The notes under the pieces are model-generated. The model made no database searches. It was given only the letters and a program-made list of their open reading frames with translations, and was not told the DNA's origin. 32,000 bases of DNA from Xylella taiwanensis (lineage in GTDB: Bacteria; Pseudomonadota; Gammaproteobacteria; Xanthomonadales; Xanthomonadaceae), in assembly GCF_013177435.1 (NCBI RefSeq), contig NZ_CP053627.1:690001-722000 (forward strand), written 5' to 3'. Below are positions 29,433 to 32,000 of this stretch, piece by piece (the first letter of the stretch is position 1; the number at the start of each line of letters is the position of its first letter). Position numbers and translations under genes: made by a program.

Positions 29433-31400
29433 ATGCTGCAAAAACTCCGTGAAAAAACATCTGGGTGGATTGCGACCGCGATCATCGGATTATTGGTGAT
29501 CCCTTTCCTCTTTGTGATCGACGTTCGCTACATAGGGGGTGGTGGCAAGGACAAAGTAGCCCAGGTAAAGGTTTCGCCGACTTGGTGGAAGTCGGCACCG
29601 GCTTTGTGGCCGATATCGTTGTTGTGGCAGCACCAAGAGATTAGCAAGCAAGAGTTCCAGAGCCGCTTTGATCAGGCGCGCATGCAGCAGCGTGCCCAGC
29701 AGGGCGAAGGCTTCGATGCACGTGAGTTCGAGACCCTCGATAATAAGCTCAAGTTGTTGGACCAGTTAATCGAAGAGCATGTGATGCGTTTAGTAGCTGA
29801 GGACGCTGGTGTGGTGATAAATGACGAGGCAGTGCGCGACATTATTGCTAACGATCAGCGTTTCCAGATTAAAGGCAAGTTCAATCAAGATCGCTATCGT
29901 ATGGTGTTGGCACAGGGGCCGACGATGCGTACCCCGCAGATGTACGAGAGTTATGTGCGCAGCATGATGCAGCTATCCATGATTCCCAGCGCGATTTTTG
30001 ATTCTGGGTTCGTACCGAACACAGAATCGGAGCGGATACTCACACTACTTGGCCAGACTCGCAATGTTGATCTAGTGACTTTGCCGGTGTTGAACCCTGA
30101 TACGGCTGAGGTCAGTGATACCCAGATCAAAGAGTGGTATGACGCGCATCGCAATGATTTCCATCAGCCGGAGACACTTTCGTTCGAGTATGTTGATTTG
30201 GATGCTGCTAACTTACCCGCGCCGACGCCTGCGGAGGTTGTCCTTCGCAAACGCTACGCTGCCCTGCAGCGGGCGGGGGTTCAAAATGAGCAACGAAAGG
30301 CTGCGCATATTTTAATTACTACAAGTGCTGATCCTGCTTCGCAAAAAGTAGCTAAGGCTAAGGCTGCCAAACTTGCTGAGGAAGCTCGCAAGCCAGGTGC
30401 CGATTTTGCTGCGCTGGCCCGCATCAATTCACAGGATCCTGGCTCTAAAGATGCTGGTGGTGATTTGGGTTGGGTGGAGAGGGGAATGATGGTTAAGCCC
30501 TTCGAGGACGCACTCTTCGCAATGAAAGTGGGAGAAGTGGTAGGCCCTATCGAAACAGAATTTGGCTATCACGTGATCAAGCTGGAAGACATTAAGGCTG
30601 CTAAGAGGTTGCCGTTCGAGGCGGTGCGGGACCAGCTTGCTGCAGAGCAAACCAAAGAGGACATTGAGAAGGCATTTAACGATGTCACCGGCAAACTGAT
30701 GGATCTATTGGTCAAAAATCCGAATGATCTTTCCTCAGCAGCTGCACAATTGGGGTTGCCATTGCGGAAGCTTGGCCCGGTGTCACGTCGTAATGCTATT
30801 GGCATTGCTGCTGATTCGGCGGTCCAGCGTGTGTTATTCAGCGAGGACTTCATCCAGGAGGGTAGGGTTAGCGATCCAATTCAGATTAAGCCAAATCACA
30901 GTGTGGTGTTGCGCGTGATTGCGCGCATTCCTGAGCAGCAGCTGCCGTTGGATAAGGTGCGTGAGCGAGTCATTGCTGCGGTACGCGCTGATCGTGTTGA
31001 CAAGGATGGGGCATCTGCAGCGGATGTCCTGGTAGCACGGCTGCAGAAAGGTGAAAGCTTACAAGGGCTTGCAAAAACAGAGAAGTTGCAGATTACCCCT
31101 TTTAACGGCCTGCAACGTACTGCACCGGTTCCGACGCTCACGGCTAACCGTGCAATCTTTTCGGCATTGTCTCCGGTTGCGGGCAAGCCGACGGTTGGTA
31201 AGGTGCGTTTGGACGATGGTCGCTATGCTGTGTTTATGATCACTAAGGTGATCCCTGGGGATCTAACTCAATTGCCGGAGGAGCAGAAGGCGATGCTTAG
31301 ACAACAGCTTGGTCAGATCGAGGGTACGCTAGCGGTGCATGCTTACGTTGATATGATGCGTAAGCGCTTTAAGGTGACCATTGATGAATCACAATTGTAA
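29433..31400 (+). CDS. ppiD: periplasmic chaperone PpiD (peptidyl-prolyl isomerase, parvulin type)
   Basis: N-terminal anchor MLQKLREKTSGWIATAIIGLLVIPFLFV. Parvulin domain ...AAHILITT...GGDLGWVERGMMVKPFEDALFAMKVGEVVGPIETEFGYHVIKLEDIK. 655 aa. Conserved position after lon-hupB. Confidence 0.92.
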   Translation: MLQKLREKTSGWIATAIIGLLVIPFLFVIDVRYIGGGGKDKVAQVKVSPTWWKSAPALWPISLLWQHQEISKQEFQSRFDQARMQQRAQQGEGFDAREFETLDNKLKLLDQLIEEHVMRLVAEDAGVVINDEAVRDIIANDQRFQIKGKFNQDRYRMVLAQGPTMRTPQMYESYVRSMMQLSMIPSAIFDSGFVPNTESERILTLLGQTRNVDLVTLPVLNPDTAEVSDTQIKEWYDAHRNDFHQPETLSFEYVDLDAANLPAPTPAEVVLRKRYAALQRAGVQNEQRKAAHILITTSADPASQKVAKAKAAKLAEEARKPGADFAALARINSQDPGSKDAGGDLGWVERGMMVKPFEDALFAMKVGEVVGPIETEFGYHVIKLEDIKAAKRLPFEAVRDQLAAEQTKEDIEKAFNDVTGKLMDLLVKNPNDLSSAAAQLGLPLRKLGPVSRRNAIGIAADSAVQRVLFSEDFIQEGRVSDPIQIKPNHSVVLRVIARIPEQQLPLDKVRERVIAAVRADRVDKDGASAADVLVARLQKGESLQGLAKTEKLQITPFNGLQRTAPVPTLTANRAIFSALSPVAGKPTVGKVRLDDGRYAVFMITKVIPGDLTQLPEEQKAMLRQQLGQIEGTLAVHAYVDMMRKRFKVTIDESQL

Positions 31401-32000
31401 CGCAGTCGATAACAGCGTCTTTTTGTTTGGTTTCTATAGGAGACTTAGGGGCTTCTCGATAGCCGATCGTTTCTCTTCAGCCTCTTCTGATCTGATCACA
31501 ATTCGGAGTAGGGACGCTCTCTGGCTGGTGATCGCTTTCATCATCGTACATAGCAGGCTTTAAATATTGCTCTGCAGCGCGTCATTCACTACGCATTTGA
31601 ATAGTTTTGGTAACCGAAGATTTTACATTAGGGATCTAGGCGCTAATTATTTTGTGAATTGAATGGGTGAAAGTGTTTACCTTGCTTGACATGGCTGGGT
31701 TACCTTGCTCCGACTTTGTCTACTATTTATTGGACAGCTATGTAGTATCGGAAGTTCATGCTGTTGAGAGATGCTCCTTTTTAACGTTTGCTCTACTCGA
31801 AGATTTCCGCCGTGTGTTGCTCACTTGATTGTCGACTTCAGAATCACGGAATTAATCCTGCATGGTACGTCGTCCTGGCTTCAGGTGAATAGCAGCACTG
31901 ATTATGGCTGGGTTTCTGTTGTGAAACGGAGTCATGATCAGCTTGGGTCTCGCTCTGAGTTGCGGTTCAGTGTCTGGCACCCATTAGGCAATCCCTTTAG

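Noticed and set aside
31381-32000. A 60-codon ORF overlapping the ppiD stop, plus a TTGACA hexamer at 31686-31691 in the final 600 nt.
   Set aside because: The ORF has no RBS or motif. The TTGACA has no acceptable -10 at 16-18 nt spacing. The region remains unassigned.
1-32000. I scanned for CRISPR-like regularly spaced repeats, rRNA, tmRNA, RNase P and group II intron hallmarks, and for defence-system-like gene clusters.
   Set aside because: None was seen. All multi-gene blocks are explained by well-known housekeeping operons or by the lipase-foldase pair.

Overview
The window looks like a chromosomal segment from a Xanthomonadaceae-type gammaproteobacterium. RpoA, ClpX, ClpP, Lon and UbiK read very close to what I remember for Xanthomonas. 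The GT-rich codon usage and the many decayed spacers suggest Xylella, but that is inference, since no search was possible. Layout: (1) 1-8740, + strand, holds the distal spc operon (rplX' rplE rpsN rpsH rplF rplR rpsE rpmD rplO secY) and the alpha operon (rpsM rpsK rpsD rpoA rplQ). All genes are intact, but several intergenic spacers are unusually long. (2) 8741-10192 is a visibly AT-rich stretch of about 1.4 kb with no credible gene. (3) 10193-11984 carries ubiK and comM/yifB. (4) 11985-16396 is gene-poor DNA with frame-broken coding remnants, followed by a family I.2 lipase plus its Lif foldase. Both carry lesions: the lipase has no in-frame signal peptide, and the foldase has an in-frame TAG with a conserved tail behind it. 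(5) tRNA-Leu(UAA) lies on the minus strand, followed by a lone nucleotide-sugar dehydrogenase. (6) 17912-21808 is about 3.9 kb with only one convincing gene, a small secreted protein on the minus strand, and ends at tRNA-Leu(UAG), also on the minus strand. (7) 22300-31400 is the conserved block tig-clpP-clpX-lon-hupB-tRNA-Val-tRNA-Asp-ppiD, with a decayed second tRNA-Asp copy before ppiD. I found no CRISPR array, no intact mobile element and no obvious novel multi-gene system. The most interesting signals are signs of ongoing gene decay next to highly conserved housekeeping operons. All product calls rest on motifs read from the translations and remembered family features. No database search was run.
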